The translations under genes were made by a program, and so were the position numbers. A stretch of DNA of 64,000 nt. Origin: the human T2T-CHM13v2.0 reference genome, Homo sapiens. The notes under the pieces are model-generated. The model was not told the origin of the DNA. It made no database searches and worked only from the letters and a program-made list of their open reading frames with translations. Below are positions 21,255 through 37,392 of this stretch, piece after piece. The stretch's first letter is position 1. Each line of letters begins with the position of its first letter. The DNA is taken from NCBI RefSeq assembly GCF_009914755.1, contig NC_060938.1. One strand, given 5' to 3'.

Positions 21255-22273
21255 TTGCAATTTGTTATGTTTTTGCAGTGGCTGGTACTGGTTGTTCCTT
21301 TCCATGTTTAGTGCTTCCTTCAGGAGCTCTTGTAAGGCAAGCCTGGTGGTGACAAAATCTCTCAGCATTTGCTTGTCTATAAAGGATTTTATTTCTCCTT
21401 CACTTATTAAGCTTAGTTTGGCTGGATATTAAATTCTGGGTTGAAAATTCTTTTCTTTGAGAATGTTGAATATTGGCCCCCACTCTCTTCTGGCTTGTAG
21501 AGTTTCTGCTGAGAGATACGCTGTTAGTCTGATGGGCTTCCTTTTGTGGGTAACCTGACCTTTCTCTCTGGCTGCCCTTAACATTTTTTCTTTCATTTCA
21601 ACCTTGGTGAATCTGACAATTATGTGTCCTGGGGTTGCTCTTCTCGAGGAGTATCTTTGTGGTATTCTCTGTATTTCCTGAATTTGAATTTTGGCCTGCC
21701 TTGCTATGTTGGGGAAGTTCTCCTGGATAATATCCTGAAAAGTGTTTTCCAGCTTGGTTCCATTCTCTCCATCACTTTCAGGTACACCAATCAAACGTAG
21801 ATTTGGTCTTTTCACATAGTCCCATATTTATTGGAGGGTTTGTTCATTTCTTTTTACTCTTTTTTTCTCTAAACTTCTCACTTCATTTCATTAATTTGAT
21901 CTTCAATCACTGATACTTTCTTCCACTTGATCGAATCAGCTACTGAAGCTTGTGCATGTGTCACGTAGTTCTCATGCCATGGTTTTCAGCTACATCAGGT
22001 CATTTAAGGTCTTCTCTACATTGTTTATTCTCGTTAGCCATGCGTCTAATCTTTTTTCAAGGTTTTAAGCTTCCTTGCGATGGGTTTGAACATCCTCCTT
22101 TAGCTTGGAGAAGTTTGTTTTTACTGACCTTCTGAAGCCTACTTCTGTCAACTTGTCAAAGGAATTTCCATCCAGCTTTGATCCATTGCTGGCGAGGAGC
22201 TGCAGTCCTTTGGAGGAGAAGAGGTGCTCTGGTTTTTAGAATTTTCAGCTTTTCTGCTCTGGTTTCTCCCTGT
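21255..22273 (-). pseudogene. L1 ORF1 remnant
   Basis: Fragment KRPNLRLIGVPE...LQARREW..KNFQPRI; premature stop at 21429; start codon appears mutated. Confidence 0.85.
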
Positions 22274-23409
22274 ATTTGTGGTTTTATCTACCTTTGGTCT
22301 TTGATGATGGTCACCTACAGATGGGGTTTTGGTGTGGATGTCCTTTTTGTTGATGTTGATGCTATTCCTTTCTGTTTGTTAACAGTTTTCCTTCTAACAG
22401 TCAGGTCCCTCAGCTGCAGGTCTGTTGGAGTTTGCTGGAGGTCCACTCCAGATGCTGTTTGCCTTGGTATCACCAGCAGAGGCTGCAGAACAGCAAACAT
22501 TGCTGCCTGATCCTTCCTCTGGAAGCTTCGTCTCAGAGGGGCACCTGGCTGTATGAGTTGTCAGTCGGCACCTACTGGGAGGTATCTCCCACTTAGGCTA
22601 CACAGGAGTCAGAGACCCACTTGAGGAGGCAGTCTGTCTATTCTCAGAGCTCAGACACCATTCTGGGAAAACCACTGCTCTCTTCAGAGCTATCAGTCAG
22701 GAACGTTTAAGACTGCAGAAGTTTCTGCTGCCTTTTATTCAGCTATGCCCTGCCCCCAGAGGTGGAGTCTACGGAGGCAGGCAGGCCTCCTTGAGCTGCA
22801 GTGGGCTCTACCCAGTTCGAGCTTCCCGGCCATTTTGTTTACCTACTCCAGCCTCAGCAATGGCAGACGCCCCTCCCCCAGTCAGGCTGCCTCCTTGAAG
22901 TTGGATCTTGGACTGCTGCGCTAGCAGTGAATAAGGCTCCATGGGTGTGGGACTCGCTAAGCAAGGAGCGGGATATAATCTCCTGGTGTGCCGTTTGTTA
23001 AGACTGTTGGAAAAGCGCAGTATTTGGGTGGCAATGTCCCGATTTTCCAGGTACAGTCTGTCATGGCTTCCCTTGGCTAGGAAAGGGAAATCCCCTGACC
23101 CCTTGCGCTTCCCTGGGTGAGGTGTCACCCCGCCCTGCTTCAGCTCACCCTCCCTGGGCTGCACTCACTGTCCAACCCGTCCCAGTGAGATGAACCAGGT
23201 ACCTCAGTTGGAAATGCAGAAATCACCTGTCTTCTGCGTCGATCACACTGGGAGCTGCAGACCGGAATTGTTCCTATTCGGCCATCTTGGAATGGACCGC
23301 TTGTTTGCTAACTAACCTCTTAAAAGAAACAAACAGATGAAGTTCATGATGTACCATTAAATTATTGAAACTTTTTCATAAACAACATATATAATTATTC
23401 CCTTGTGGT

Positions 23410-23988
<579 letters not shown>

Positions 23989-24769
23989 GTTGTAGTTTTT
24001 AAGATCATTTTTCATACTTCTAAGATCCCAGTAAGTCATATTAGGGTATACTGCTGCTTCAAGAAACTTTGAAACCTAATCTTTTTGTATGACAAGAGGG
24101 AGTCCCTCAAACTTGGCTAAAAAGAAGACAATTAGGATTAAGTTGGATTAAAACCACAGAAGAATTTTAGCATTGATGTCTAAATACATTTTTTTCATCG
24201 TATGAGTAATACATGTTTATTGTAGGTAAATTATAAATGTTTTAAAAGTTATGTATTTATATATTGCAAGTTATAAATTTTAAGTAAAAAATTGTTAATG
24301 TTTAATATAACTTGTTCTACTTATAAATATTTTTTATAAATATGAGATTATCAATACATATTGATTGCCATCAGCTTTTTCCTCATAGCAGCATATTGTG
24401 ACTTCCTATATCCATTAACATATTTATTTCTTAATTTTTAATGGCTGAGTGGTGTGGTACTCTGATGAAATTTATAGTTTATTTAGCCAGTCTCCTTTAT
24501 TGGACATTTATTTTCAGGTTTGCATTAGTAATAAGCACAGTGGTCATCTTTGCACAATTCTTTCTTAGGATGAATTTCTAGAAGTAAAATTTCTGGATCA
24601 AAGAGTTCACATTTTTGAGGCTTTAAATCTAAATGCCAAACTGTAGTCTCCAGAGGTTGTAGCAATTCACATTCCTTCCAGTATTAAAGTGTACTCATTC
24701 TTCCTATCATGGATAGTAGACATTTTCCCAAATCATTGTTAACCTGGTCATTTAAAAAATTTCATCTCA

Positions 24770-25067
24770 GTCAGGCACAGTGGCTCACGCTTGTAATCTC
24801 AGCACTCTGGGAGACCGAAGCGGGCGGATCACCTGAGGTCAGGAGTTGGAGACCAGCCTGGGCAACATGGTGAAACCCCGTCTCTACTGAAAATACAAAA
24901 ATTAGCCAGATGTGGTGGTGCACGCCTGTAATCCCAGCTACCCGGGAGGCTGAGGCAGGATAATCGCTGGAACTTGGGAGGCGAAGGCTGCAGTGAGCCG
25001 AGACCACGCCACTGCCTCAAGCCTGAGCGACAGAGCAAGATTCTGTCTCAAAAAAAAAAAAAAAAAA
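24770..25067 (+). mobile_element. AluS, ~180 nt upstream of exon 2
   Basis: Full dimer; flanking aaaaatt(t)catctc duplication. Confidence 0.9.
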
Positions 25068-25245
25068 TTCATCTCTTTGTTTTACTTGGCATTACTCATG
25101 CAATTGATCATTTTTCATCTTCGCTGTCTATTGTAGATGTTGGTCTCACAAATGAGCAGCTCACAGTCTTGATTACAGATACTTGAGAAACTTTTTCCCA
25201 TTAATTAATCAAAGTTTGCAATTATTTCTTTTGCTTTCTCCCCAG

Positions 25246-25354
25246 GAACGACTGAAGCTGGTGACTGTTTTGGGTGCTGGCCTTCTCTGTGGAACTGCTC
25301 TGGCAGTCATCGTGCCTGAAGGAGTACATGCCCTTTATGAAGATATTCTTGAGG
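25246..25354 (+). CDS. SLC39A9: SLC39A9 coding exon 2 ([37 protein letters not shown])
   Basis: Acceptor tttctccccag|GAA; donor GAGG|gtgaga; 109 nt; ZIP TM2 motif [15 protein letters not shown]. Confidence 0.97.
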
Positions 25355-26804
25355 GTGAGAAAGGGAAGAGCATTATTTGAGATATGTTATTGACTTGGAG
25401 GGTTAGCAGGATGAAGCTTAGTGGTATGTTTTCTGAGCACAGTTCATGTTTACCATAGAGTTCTACCCTGAGAAGATTTGTTGAGAGATATCTTGATATC
25501 TTTGATATTGACACATCCTTAGCAGTTTGTCAACTGAATGTCCCAATTCATGAATACCACTTAATGTTTATTTGCCACAGTGCATGAATGAGTCATTTTA
25601 AGTTATGACAGTTCTTTTTTAATGCTTACTCAAACACTTCCCAAATCCCACATGATAGTGGCTGCATTTTTTGTTTAATTTAAAAATATATAGATATAAA
25701 TATTTAAATTTAAGGACCCTTTACAGTAAACTTTATAGATAATTGATGAGGACCCATGCAGTAAAGGATAACTGAAAAAATTAAAGAGGCCTTTCCTGAC
25801 CCTAATAGCAACAAGCAGAGGGAACAGTATAGCTGTGTGAGAGTAAATGCTTGGTGGTCAGCTTGGCTTACTCACCAGCAAAGTAATTTGGTCCTTCACA
25901 CAGCTGAAAAGCATACTTGATTCACATTTGTGACTTAGCAAAATCCGATTACTACATGTCATGAAACTTCACAGTTACCTGTGAAGGATTGACACCACAG
26001 CTGTTAAATCCATGAGCTGAATCCTCAAGTACCAAGTCTACCAGATGTTAAGAATAGTATAAAGAGGTAGGCACTTCCAAATTTCTTACTAGATACAATA
26101 TAATAAATACTTTTTCAGATCTTGGTAGAGGAAAAGAACTGTGTCCTTTATCCAGAATGGTGATGCTCTTAGGCCTGGGGTTTGATAGACAAAGAGTTTT
26201 GGCAGATATAAATGAGGATTGCAGAAGTGTTGCAAGATAGGACAGGGGCTGAGGAGTGGTCAGCTGCATTGGGGAACAGTAATAAATCAGGAGCCTTAAA
26301 GCAGTGGTCTCTACTTTTTTTATGGTCACACATCCTACAGAGGGAGGGAGGAATGATTTACATGCACTATTGCACTGATTTAATGTGTACATTATAAAAT
26401 ACACTCCTAAAACAGGAATATTTTTGAGACCTGAGATTTAAATATACATAGAACAGTATTTTCTTTCATATTCTAGTGGGTCATCTTGAATTTTTCTGGG
26501 ATGTGATTCCACTATAGAAATCACTATCCTAACATTTGTCCTTTTATGGGTGGCAGTTGTTTTCTAAAGTTGTCTGATAATGAAAATTCCTTGAGGAAGA
26601 GGCACATTTTAAAAGTATGATTTCCTGACCTCCAGGAAGGATCCCGGGAATATCTATTTTTAACAAGCTGTCTGCAATTCTTATGAAACAAGTTTCAGAA
26701 ACACTGGAGTAGAGGAAAGAAGTGCTTCAAGTATAGTTTCTTTGTGTTATTTTTAATATCAATTTGAGATATAATTTACATACCCTGTTTCAGGTATAGT
26801 TGGG

Positions 26805-27117
26805 GGTTTTGGGTTTTTTTTTTTATTTGTTTGTTTTGAGACATGGTCTCACTCTGTCGCCCAGGCTATAGTCCAGTTTTGCCATCACAGCTGAAATCTC
26901 TTGGGTTTAAGCAATCCTCCCACCTCAGCCTCCTGAGTAGCTGGGACTATAGTATAGATGCACACTGCTATGCCTGACTAATGTTTAATTTTTTTTTGTA
27001 GAGATAGAGTCTCCTTCTGTTGCCTAGGCTGGTTGCCAATTCCGGGACTCAAGCGATCCTCCCAAGTTGGCCTCCCAAAGTGCTGGGATTACAGGTGTGA
27101 GACACCTCACCCAGCCC
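26805..27117 (-). mobile_element. AluJ
   Basis: Diverged antisense dimer; flanking caggtRtagtt duplication. Confidence 0.85.
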
Positions 27118-27162
27118 AGGTGTAGTTTAAGACTAAAATTATCTACCGTGTGTTAGGTAGTG

Positions 27163-28111
27163 TGTAGAGAAAAACTCTCTCTAACCGTGTTTTTCCTGTG
27201 CTCTCACACCACAACAATCATAAACACAGAAGAAAAACTTCTGTAACCAGATGCGTGGCAATATCTCCCCACTACCAAGCAGTGGACACCAGCCAGGTGT
27301 CCTCCAATTTAATTCTGACGCTGTCTACCTGGAGGCAGTATCAGATCCCACAGATCTAGGGCTCAGTCCCCAAGACTGCTCCCTCCTTCACCCATCACCA
27401 GTCGCAAGCCTGGGCCTCTGGAACTTCTGACCAACTGGCTTCAAGTTGGGGTTCCCACAGCCCCCTCTTTGGGTTCAGTCAATTTGCAAGAGTGGGTCAC
27501 AGAACTCAGAGAAACACTTACATTTACCAGTTTACTAAGAATGATATTTTAAAGGATACAGATAAACAGCCAAACAGCCAGATGAAGAAATACAAAGACT
27601 AAGTAAGGTATGGAAGGGTCCTGGGTCCTGGAGCTTCTGACCCTGTGGAGTTGGGGTGCGCCACCCTCCTGGCACATGGATGAATTCTTCACCTTTCTAT
27701 CAGCCTTCATATATGTTCAGCTAGCCAGAAGTTCCCTGAACCCTGTCCTCTTGGGTTTTTATGGAAGTTTCAAGATGTTAGCATTCCTCCCCCAAGGGTT
27801 TAGGATCGTACCCTCTCATGGGAGCTTAAGACCCCAAGTCCTGCCTTGGGGCAGGTGAAAAGAGGGCAGGAGAAGGTCAGAAGCCTGCTGTTGAGGCCTA
27901 ACACACCCAACAGTATAACAAAAGACTGCAACAAAGGCTATGTAAGTTATGAACCAGGAACTGTGGACAAAAACCAATATATACACATAACGTTTGTGTG
28001 TGTGTGTATATGTTTGTAAGTGTATAGTGTATATACTATGTATATATGTGTTTACATATATACACATATGTACACACATACACACACACACATACATAAA
28101 ATAACACCACA
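27163..28111 (-). mobile_element. MER21-family ERV LTR, with a (TG)/(TA)/(CA) microsatellite near 27994-28097
   Basis: ctctcacaccacaacaatc...ttcaagttggggttcccac...cacagaactcag.gaaacacttac matches recalled MER21; TG...CA termini. Confidence 0.7.
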
Positions 28112-28159
28112 GGTTGCATTCCCTTATTTTCAGTTTTCCTGATTTTTGACCCAAAATAA

Positions 28160-28458
<299 letters not shown>

Positions 28459-28879
28459 TAATTTTGTGGTGTCATTTGAAAACAGATTACAAAGTGCTTT
28501 ATAAGTCTCTTCTGAAAATAAGCATTCTGGTCTCTTTAACCTTTCATCATAGATTAGTTTCCAGCCCTAAGTCATTTAAATTTTTTTAAAAATATTTTCA
28601 TTTATATATTTATCATTCACACTTTTGGTGTACACATCTACAAGTTTTGACAAATGCATAGAGAGTGATGTTATCACCACTACAATCAAAATACAGAATA
28701 GTTTTGTCACCCTAAAAAGTATGCTTGTGCTGTCCATTTGTAATGTTTTCTCCACTCTCAACCCCTGGCAACCACTGATCTCTGTCTATATAGTTTTGCC
28801 TTTTCAGAATGTCATAAATGGAATCATGTAACCTTTGGGTCTGGCTTCTTACTTAGCATAATGCATTTGAGGGTCAGTA

Positions 28880-30475
28880 TATGAAGGGAAAATGTGTATT
28901 ATGGAAAAACTATGCATGGATTTCAAAAAACTTTTTTGCACTAAAATGAACTTGCGCTAACTTGTTATAACATGTCTGAACAGGATCTACTTAGAGGCAC
29001 TAAGAAGGTTAAGACAGCAGTTTGAAAAGAGCCCATATTGGAGCAACATGAATTCTGCTAAGATAGAAACAAGAATAAACATCAAATTTATGGGGAAGGT
29101 TGGGTGTAAGAATGATAAAATCATTGATGGTTTACAAAAAGTTTATGGGGGCTGGGCATGGTGGCTCACGCCTATAATCCCAGCACTTTGGGAGTCAAGG
29201 CGGGTGGATCACAAGGTCAAGAGATCGAGACCATCCTGGCCAATATGGTGAAACCCCATCTCTACTAAAAATACAAAAATTAGCTAGGCGTGCTGGCGCA
29301 TGTCTGTAATCCCAGCTACTGGGAGACTGAGGTAGGAGAATCGCTTGAACCTGGGAGGCGGAGGTTGCAGTGAGCCGAGATTGTGCCATGCACCCCATCC
29401 TGGCGACAGAGCGAGACTCTGTCTCAAAAAAAAAAAAAAAAAGTTTACGGGGACAGTGCCCCAAAGAATTCAGCAGTTTACAAATGGCTAACTTGTTTTA
29501 AGAAGGGACAAGATGATGTTGAAAATGAAGCCTGCAGCAGCAGACCATCCACACCTATTTTCAAAGAAAAAATTAATTTTGTTCTTGCCCTAACTAAAGA
29601 AGACCAACAATTAACAACACAAAAAATAGCCAACCCCATAGCCCTCTAAATTGGTTCAGCTTACACAATTCTGACTGAAAATTTTACACTGAACAAACTT
29701 TCCACTCGATAGATGCCAAAACGGTTGTGCCCAGATCAGCTGCAGACAAGAGCAGAACTTTGAATGGAAATGGGACCCAAGTGGGATCAAGATCCTGGAG
29801 GTTTTTTTCAAAGAATTGTAACAGAAGATGAAACATGGCTTTACCAACGATCCTGAAGGCAAACCACATTCAAAGCAATGGCTACTGAGAAGTGGAAGTG
29901 GTCAGTCAAAGCAGAAGTGGGTCGGTTAAGAGCAAAGGTCACTGGCAACAGTATTTGGGGATGTGCAAGACATTTTACTTGTTGATTTTCTAGAGTGCCA
30001 ATGAACCATAACATCTGCGTATTATGAGATGCGTATTATGGTTTTTAAAAAGTTACCCAAAGTTTTAGCAGAAGAATGCCCAGAAATGCTTGATCAGAGT
30101 CCTCCACCACGACAATGTTCCTGCTCATTGCTCTCATCAGACAAGGGCAATTTTGCCAGGTTTTCAATAGGAAAGTTTTGGGCATCAGCTTTATAGTCCT
30201 GATTTGGCTCCTTCCAACTTCTTTTTGTTTCCTAATCTTAAAATCTATAAAGGGTACCCATTTTTCTTCAGTTAATAATGTAAAAAAGACTGCATTGACA
30301 TGGTTAAATTTCCAGGACCCTCAGTTATTTAGGGGTGAACTAAATAGCTGGTATCATCATTTACAAAAGTGTCTCACACTTGATAGAGCTTATGTTCAGT
30401 AATAATGTTTATATTTTTAAATTTTTTTAATCTTTTAATTCCATTTTTCCACAAGCTTTTTGAAGTCCCCTTATA
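28880..30475 (+). mobile_element. HSMAR2 mariner DNA transposon, near full length, interrupted by an Alu
   Basis: Transposase remnant MNSAKIETRINIKFM...[15 protein letters not shown]...IVTEDETW...HHDNVPAH...YSPDLAPSNF; right TIR ...tttttgaagtcccct + TA; left TIR partly deleted. Confidence 0.9.
29150..29442 (+). mobile_element. AluS (Sc-like) inside the HSMAR2 transposase
   Basis: TSD aaaaagtttaYggg. Confidence 0.92.
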
Positions 30476-30672
30476 TTCTGTGTATCAATAGTTTGTACCT
30501 TTTTTTTTTCTGAGTAGTATTTCATTGTTTGCATGAACCATGTTTGGCTATTCCTTCACCAGTTGGAAGATGTATATATGGGTGGTTCCTGGTTTGGGTG
30601 ACTATGAATAAAGTCACTATTAATGTACTGGTTTTTGTATGAACATGAGTTTTTATTTTTCTTGCATACTTA

Positions 30673-30940
<268 letters not shown>

Positions 30941-31774
30941 CTAAAGTGGCTGTAATATTTTGCATTCTCATCAATAATAGATGAGAGTTCCAGTTCTCCC
31001 CTTCCTTGTCAACACTTAGTGTTGTCTGTTTTGTTTTAGTTTTTTATTTTAGCCATTCTAATAGCAGCATAGTGATATCTCAGTGTGGTTTTAATTTGCA
31101 TTTCCCTGTGATGATGCTGAACATCTTTTCATATGCTTAATTGCCATTGTTATAGCTTCTGTGGTGATAGCAAACATTTTGTTCATTTTAAAAATTGAGT
31201 TTCCTTATTACTGAGTTTTGAGAGTCCTTTATATATTCTAGATACAAGTCCTTTATCAGATACATGTTCTGCAAACATTTTCTCCTAGTTCATGGCTTAT
31301 CTTTTCATTCTCTTAACAGTATCTTTTAGAGAGCAGTTTTTAATTCTGATGAAGTCCAATTTATCAGTTACTTCTTTTGAGATTTTGCTTTTGGTGTCAT
31401 ATCTAAAACCCCTTGCTGAGCCCGAATTCACAAAGTTATTCTCTTTTGTTTTCTTCTAGAACTTTTATGATTTTCAGTTCTACATTTAATCCTATGATCT
31501 ATTTTGAATGCAGGTGAAAGTTCATTTTTTGGCATATGGGTGGATATTCAGTAGTTCTAACACTATTTGTTGAAAAAAAATCCCTTCTCTATTGAATTAT
31601 CTTTGCACTTTTGTCAAAAATCAATTAACTGTGTTTGTGTTGGTCTATTTCTGGATTCTCTGTTCTGTTTTATTGATCTGTATGTTTACCTTTTACCAGC
31701 ACTACGTTGTCTTGATGTAGCTTTATAGCAAATCTTGAAATCAAGTAGTGGAGTCCTTCTTTGTTCTTATTTTT

Positions 31775-32169
<395 letters not shown>

Positions 32170-32712
32170 TAAATCATGCTGGGATTCTAACCAAGATTAA
32201 TCTATAAATTTGGGGGAGAATAGACATCTTAAGAATATTGTATTTTCCAACCCATGAGCCCAGTGTATCTCTCCATTTATTTAGATCTTCTTTGATTTAT
32301 TTCATCAGTGTTGTAATTTTAGCATACAGATCTGCAGATAGTTTATTGATTTATGCCTAAATATTTCATGTTTTTAGTAATTGTAAATAATACTTTTATA
32401 ATGTTTTCAATTTCTAGTATTCTAGTATATAAAAAGTTCTAATATAAGAAATTTCATTACGTATAGGCACTTTTTTGTAGATTCCTTGGGATTTGCTACG
32501 TAAATAATCATGTCGTCTGTGAATAGGGACAGCTTAACCTTTTCCTTTCCTATCTGCCTTTTTTTTTTTTTACCTTCCTTATTGCATTGACTAGACTATC
32601 CATTATGAGATTGATTAGGGATGAAAATGAACATTCTTGCCTTACTTTCATTCAGTCTTTCACCATTAAATATGAGGTTAGATATAGGTTTTTTATGGAT
32701 TCCCTGTTTCTC

Positions 32713-34292
32713 TTTTTTTTTTTTCAACTTTTATTTTAGATTCAGGGGGTACATGTACAGGTTTGTTACCTGGGTCTATTTCATGATGCTGAGGTTTGGG
32801 GTACAAATGATCCCATCACCCAGGCACTGAGCATACCAATAGTTTTTCACCTTTTACTGTCTTCCTTTCCTCCCCTTCTAGTAGTCCCCAGTTTCTATTA
32901 TTGCCATCTTTATGTCTATGAGTACCTGATGTTTAGTTCCCACTTGTAAGTGAGAACATGTGGTATTTGGTTTTCTGTTCCTGCATTAATTTACTTAGGA
33001 TAATAGCATCCAGCTTCATCCTCCTTGCTGCAAAGAACATGATTTCATTCTTTATATGGCTGAATGGTATTCCGTGGCGTATATGTACCACATTTTCTTT
33101 ATCCAGTCCACCGTTGATGGGCAACTAGGTTGATTCCATGTCCTTGCTATCGAGAATAGTGCTGTGATGAACATAAGAGTGCATGGTGTCTTTTTGGTAC
33201 AGTGATTTGTTTTCTTTTGGATAGATATGCAGTAACGGGATTGCAGGGTTGAATGTTAGCTCTGTTTTAAATTCTTCGAGAAATCTCCAAAACTGCTTTC
33301 CACAGTGACTGAACTAATTTACATTCCCATCAACAGTGTATAAGTGTTCCCTTTTCTCCCTAGCCTTGCCAGCATGTTGTTTTTTGACTTTTTAATAATA
33401 TCCATTCTGATTGGTGTAAGATGATATCTTATTTTGGTTTTGATTTGCATTTCTCTGCCGATTAGTGATTTGGAGTGGTTTTTCATGTTTGTTGGCAGCT
33501 TATATGTCTTTTTGAGAAGGGTCTGTTTATGTCTTTTGCCCATTTTTTAATGTGGTTGTCTTTTACTTGTTCCGTTTTTTAAGTTCCTTATAGATTGTGG
33601 ATACTAAACCTTTGTCAGATGTGTAGTTTGTGAATAATTTCTCCTATTCTGTAGGTTGTCTGTTTATTCTCTTGATAGTTTACTGTGTAGAGGCTGTTTA
33701 GTTTTATTAGGTCCTACTTGTCGGTTTTTGTTTTTGTTGCAATTGCTTTTGAGGACTTAGTCATAAATTCTTTCCCAAGGCTGATGTCCAGAGTGGTTTC
33801 CTAGGTTTTCTTCTAGGATTCTTATAGTTTGAGGTCTTACATTTAAATCTTTAATCCACCTTGAGTTAGTTTTTGTATTTGGTAAAAGGTAGGGGTCCAG
33901 TTTCATTCCCCTGGATATGGTTAGCCAACTATCCCAGCACCATTTATTGACTAGGGAGTCCTCCATGGTCACTTTGTTGAAGATCAGATGGCTGTCAGTA
34001 TATGGCTTTATTTCTGGGTTCTCTGTTCTGTTCCATTGGTATATGTGTCTGTTTTTCTACCAGGACCACACTGTTTTGGTTACTATAGTCTTATAGTGTA
34101 GTTTGAAATCAGGTAATGTGTTGCCTCTGGCTTTGTCCTTTTTGCTTAGGATTGCTTTGGCTATTTGGTCTGTTTTCTGGTTCCATATGAATTTTAGAAT
34201 AGTTTTTTTTAGTTCTGTAAAAAATGATGTTGGTAGTTTGATATAACATTGAATCTGTAGATTGCTTTGGGCAGTATGGCCATTTTAATGAT
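32713..34292 (-). mobile_element. 5'-truncated older primate L1 (L1PA15/16 or L1PB-like)
   Basis: T-tail + caacttttattttagattcagggggtacatgt...; ORF2 C-terminal remnants ([19 protein letters not shown]). Confidence 0.8.
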
Positions 34293-34899
34293 ATAAGGAA
34301 GTTCCATTCTGTTCCTAGTGTGCTGAGAGTGTTTATCTTGAATGGTTGTTGAATTTCATCAGGTGCTTTTTTCAGTCTGTTAATGGAGTGAATTGCAGTG
34401 ATTGATTTTCAAATGTTGAACTAGACTTGCATATACCCACCTCCTAGTTATTATATATAATTCTTTTTATATGCTGCTGGATTCAATTTACTAATATTTT
34501 ATTAAGGATTTTTGTGTTTCTGTTCATGAAGAATACTGGCCTGTGGTTTTCCTTTCTAACAACATCTATGTATGGTTTTATCAGGGTAATGCTGGCCTCT
34601 TAGATTTGGGAAGTGTTCCCTTCTCTTTTATATCCTAGAAGAGAATATATAAAATCAATAATATTTCTTCCATAAATATTTGTTAGAATTTATTGGTGAA
34701 TTTGCAATCTTGGCCTGGCATTTTCTATGATGGAAGGTTATTAACTATGAATTCAGTTTTTTAAATAGATAGATATAGGACTGTTCAAGTTACCTGTTTC
34801 TTCTTGAGTATGCTTTGGAAGTTGTGTCTTTCAAGTAATTGATTTATTTCCTCGTACTTTTTAAAGTTTCTTTAGGTGAAGCTCATTGATTTGAGGTTT

Positions 34900-35838
<939 letters not shown>

Positions 35839-36798
35839 GAATTTAATGCTATAAATTTCTTTCTAAGCACTGCTTTATTTGCATCTCAAAATTTTAGTGT
35901 GCTATATTTTTATCTTTATTTAGTTCAAAATATTTTCTAATTTTTCATGCAACTTCCTCTTTTACCCGTGTGTTACTTAGAATTGTGTGATTTAATTTGC
36001 AAATTTTTGAGTGGTGGTTTTTAAAATTTGGTTGGTTGCTTGGTTTTGCCCCCGATTCTTTCTGTTACTGATTTCTAGTTTAACTTTATTATGGTAAGAA
36101 AATATACTTAGTATGATTTGAAAACTTACAGATTTGTAAATGCTTTTTTAATGGTCCAGAATATGGTTTATCTTGTGGAACGTTCCATGCACACTTGAAA
36201 AGAATGTACATTCTCTTGTTCTGTAAATTTCAAGTCAAGTTGTTTGGTCTTCTATATCTTTGCTGATTTTCTGCTTCTATTACTAAGACAGGAGTATTGA
36301 AGTCTTCAAATATGATTGTGGATTTATCTGTTTCTCTTCATTTCTATTAGCTTTTGCTTTATGTATGTTGAAGCTCTTTGGTTAGGTACCTACATGTTTA
36401 GGAGTGCTATGCCATGGTGAATTGACCTTTTTAATCATTGTGCAATATCCCTCTTTATTCCTGGTAATATTTCTTGTTCACAAGTCTACTTCATCTAATT
36501 TTAATATAACCATTCAGTTTTCTCTTGATCAGTGTTTCCATGGTTATATCTTTCCCTTCTATCCTTTTATTTTTAGCCAGTGCCATTCATTTAAAGTGGA
36601 CTTCTTACAGATGGCATATAGTTGTATCATTTTTTTTAAACTCTAGTTTGACAACCTCTGTCTTCTAATTGATGTGTTTAGACGAGAGATTAGCAAACTT
36701 TTTCTGTAAAGCATCAGATAGTAAATATTTTAGACTTTGTGAGCCACGTGATCTTAATTTGTACTTCTTACCTCGGCCATTGTAGCCAGATTCCCTGA

Positions 36799-37140
<342 letters not shown>

Positions 37141-37271
37141 TGATCTCATCCAGTGAATTTACTACTTTAGATATTATATTTTTCAGTTCTAAAATTTCCA
37201 GTTCGTTTCTTTTTATAAGTGTCTGTTTCTCTGCTGAGGATGTTCATTTATTTGAGGAATTTTTACCTTTC

Positions 37272-37392
37272 GGCCAGGCGCAGTGGCTCACGCCTGTAAT
37301 CCCAGCACTTTGGGAAGCTCAGGTGGGGGAGGATCACTTGAGTATAGGAGTTCCAGACCAGCCTGGGCAACATAGCAAGACCCTGTCTCTAT
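37272..37392 (+). mobile_element. Alu left monomer/FLAM_C
   Basis: ggccaggcgcagtggctcacgcc...gaccctgtctcta. Confidence 0.82.
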
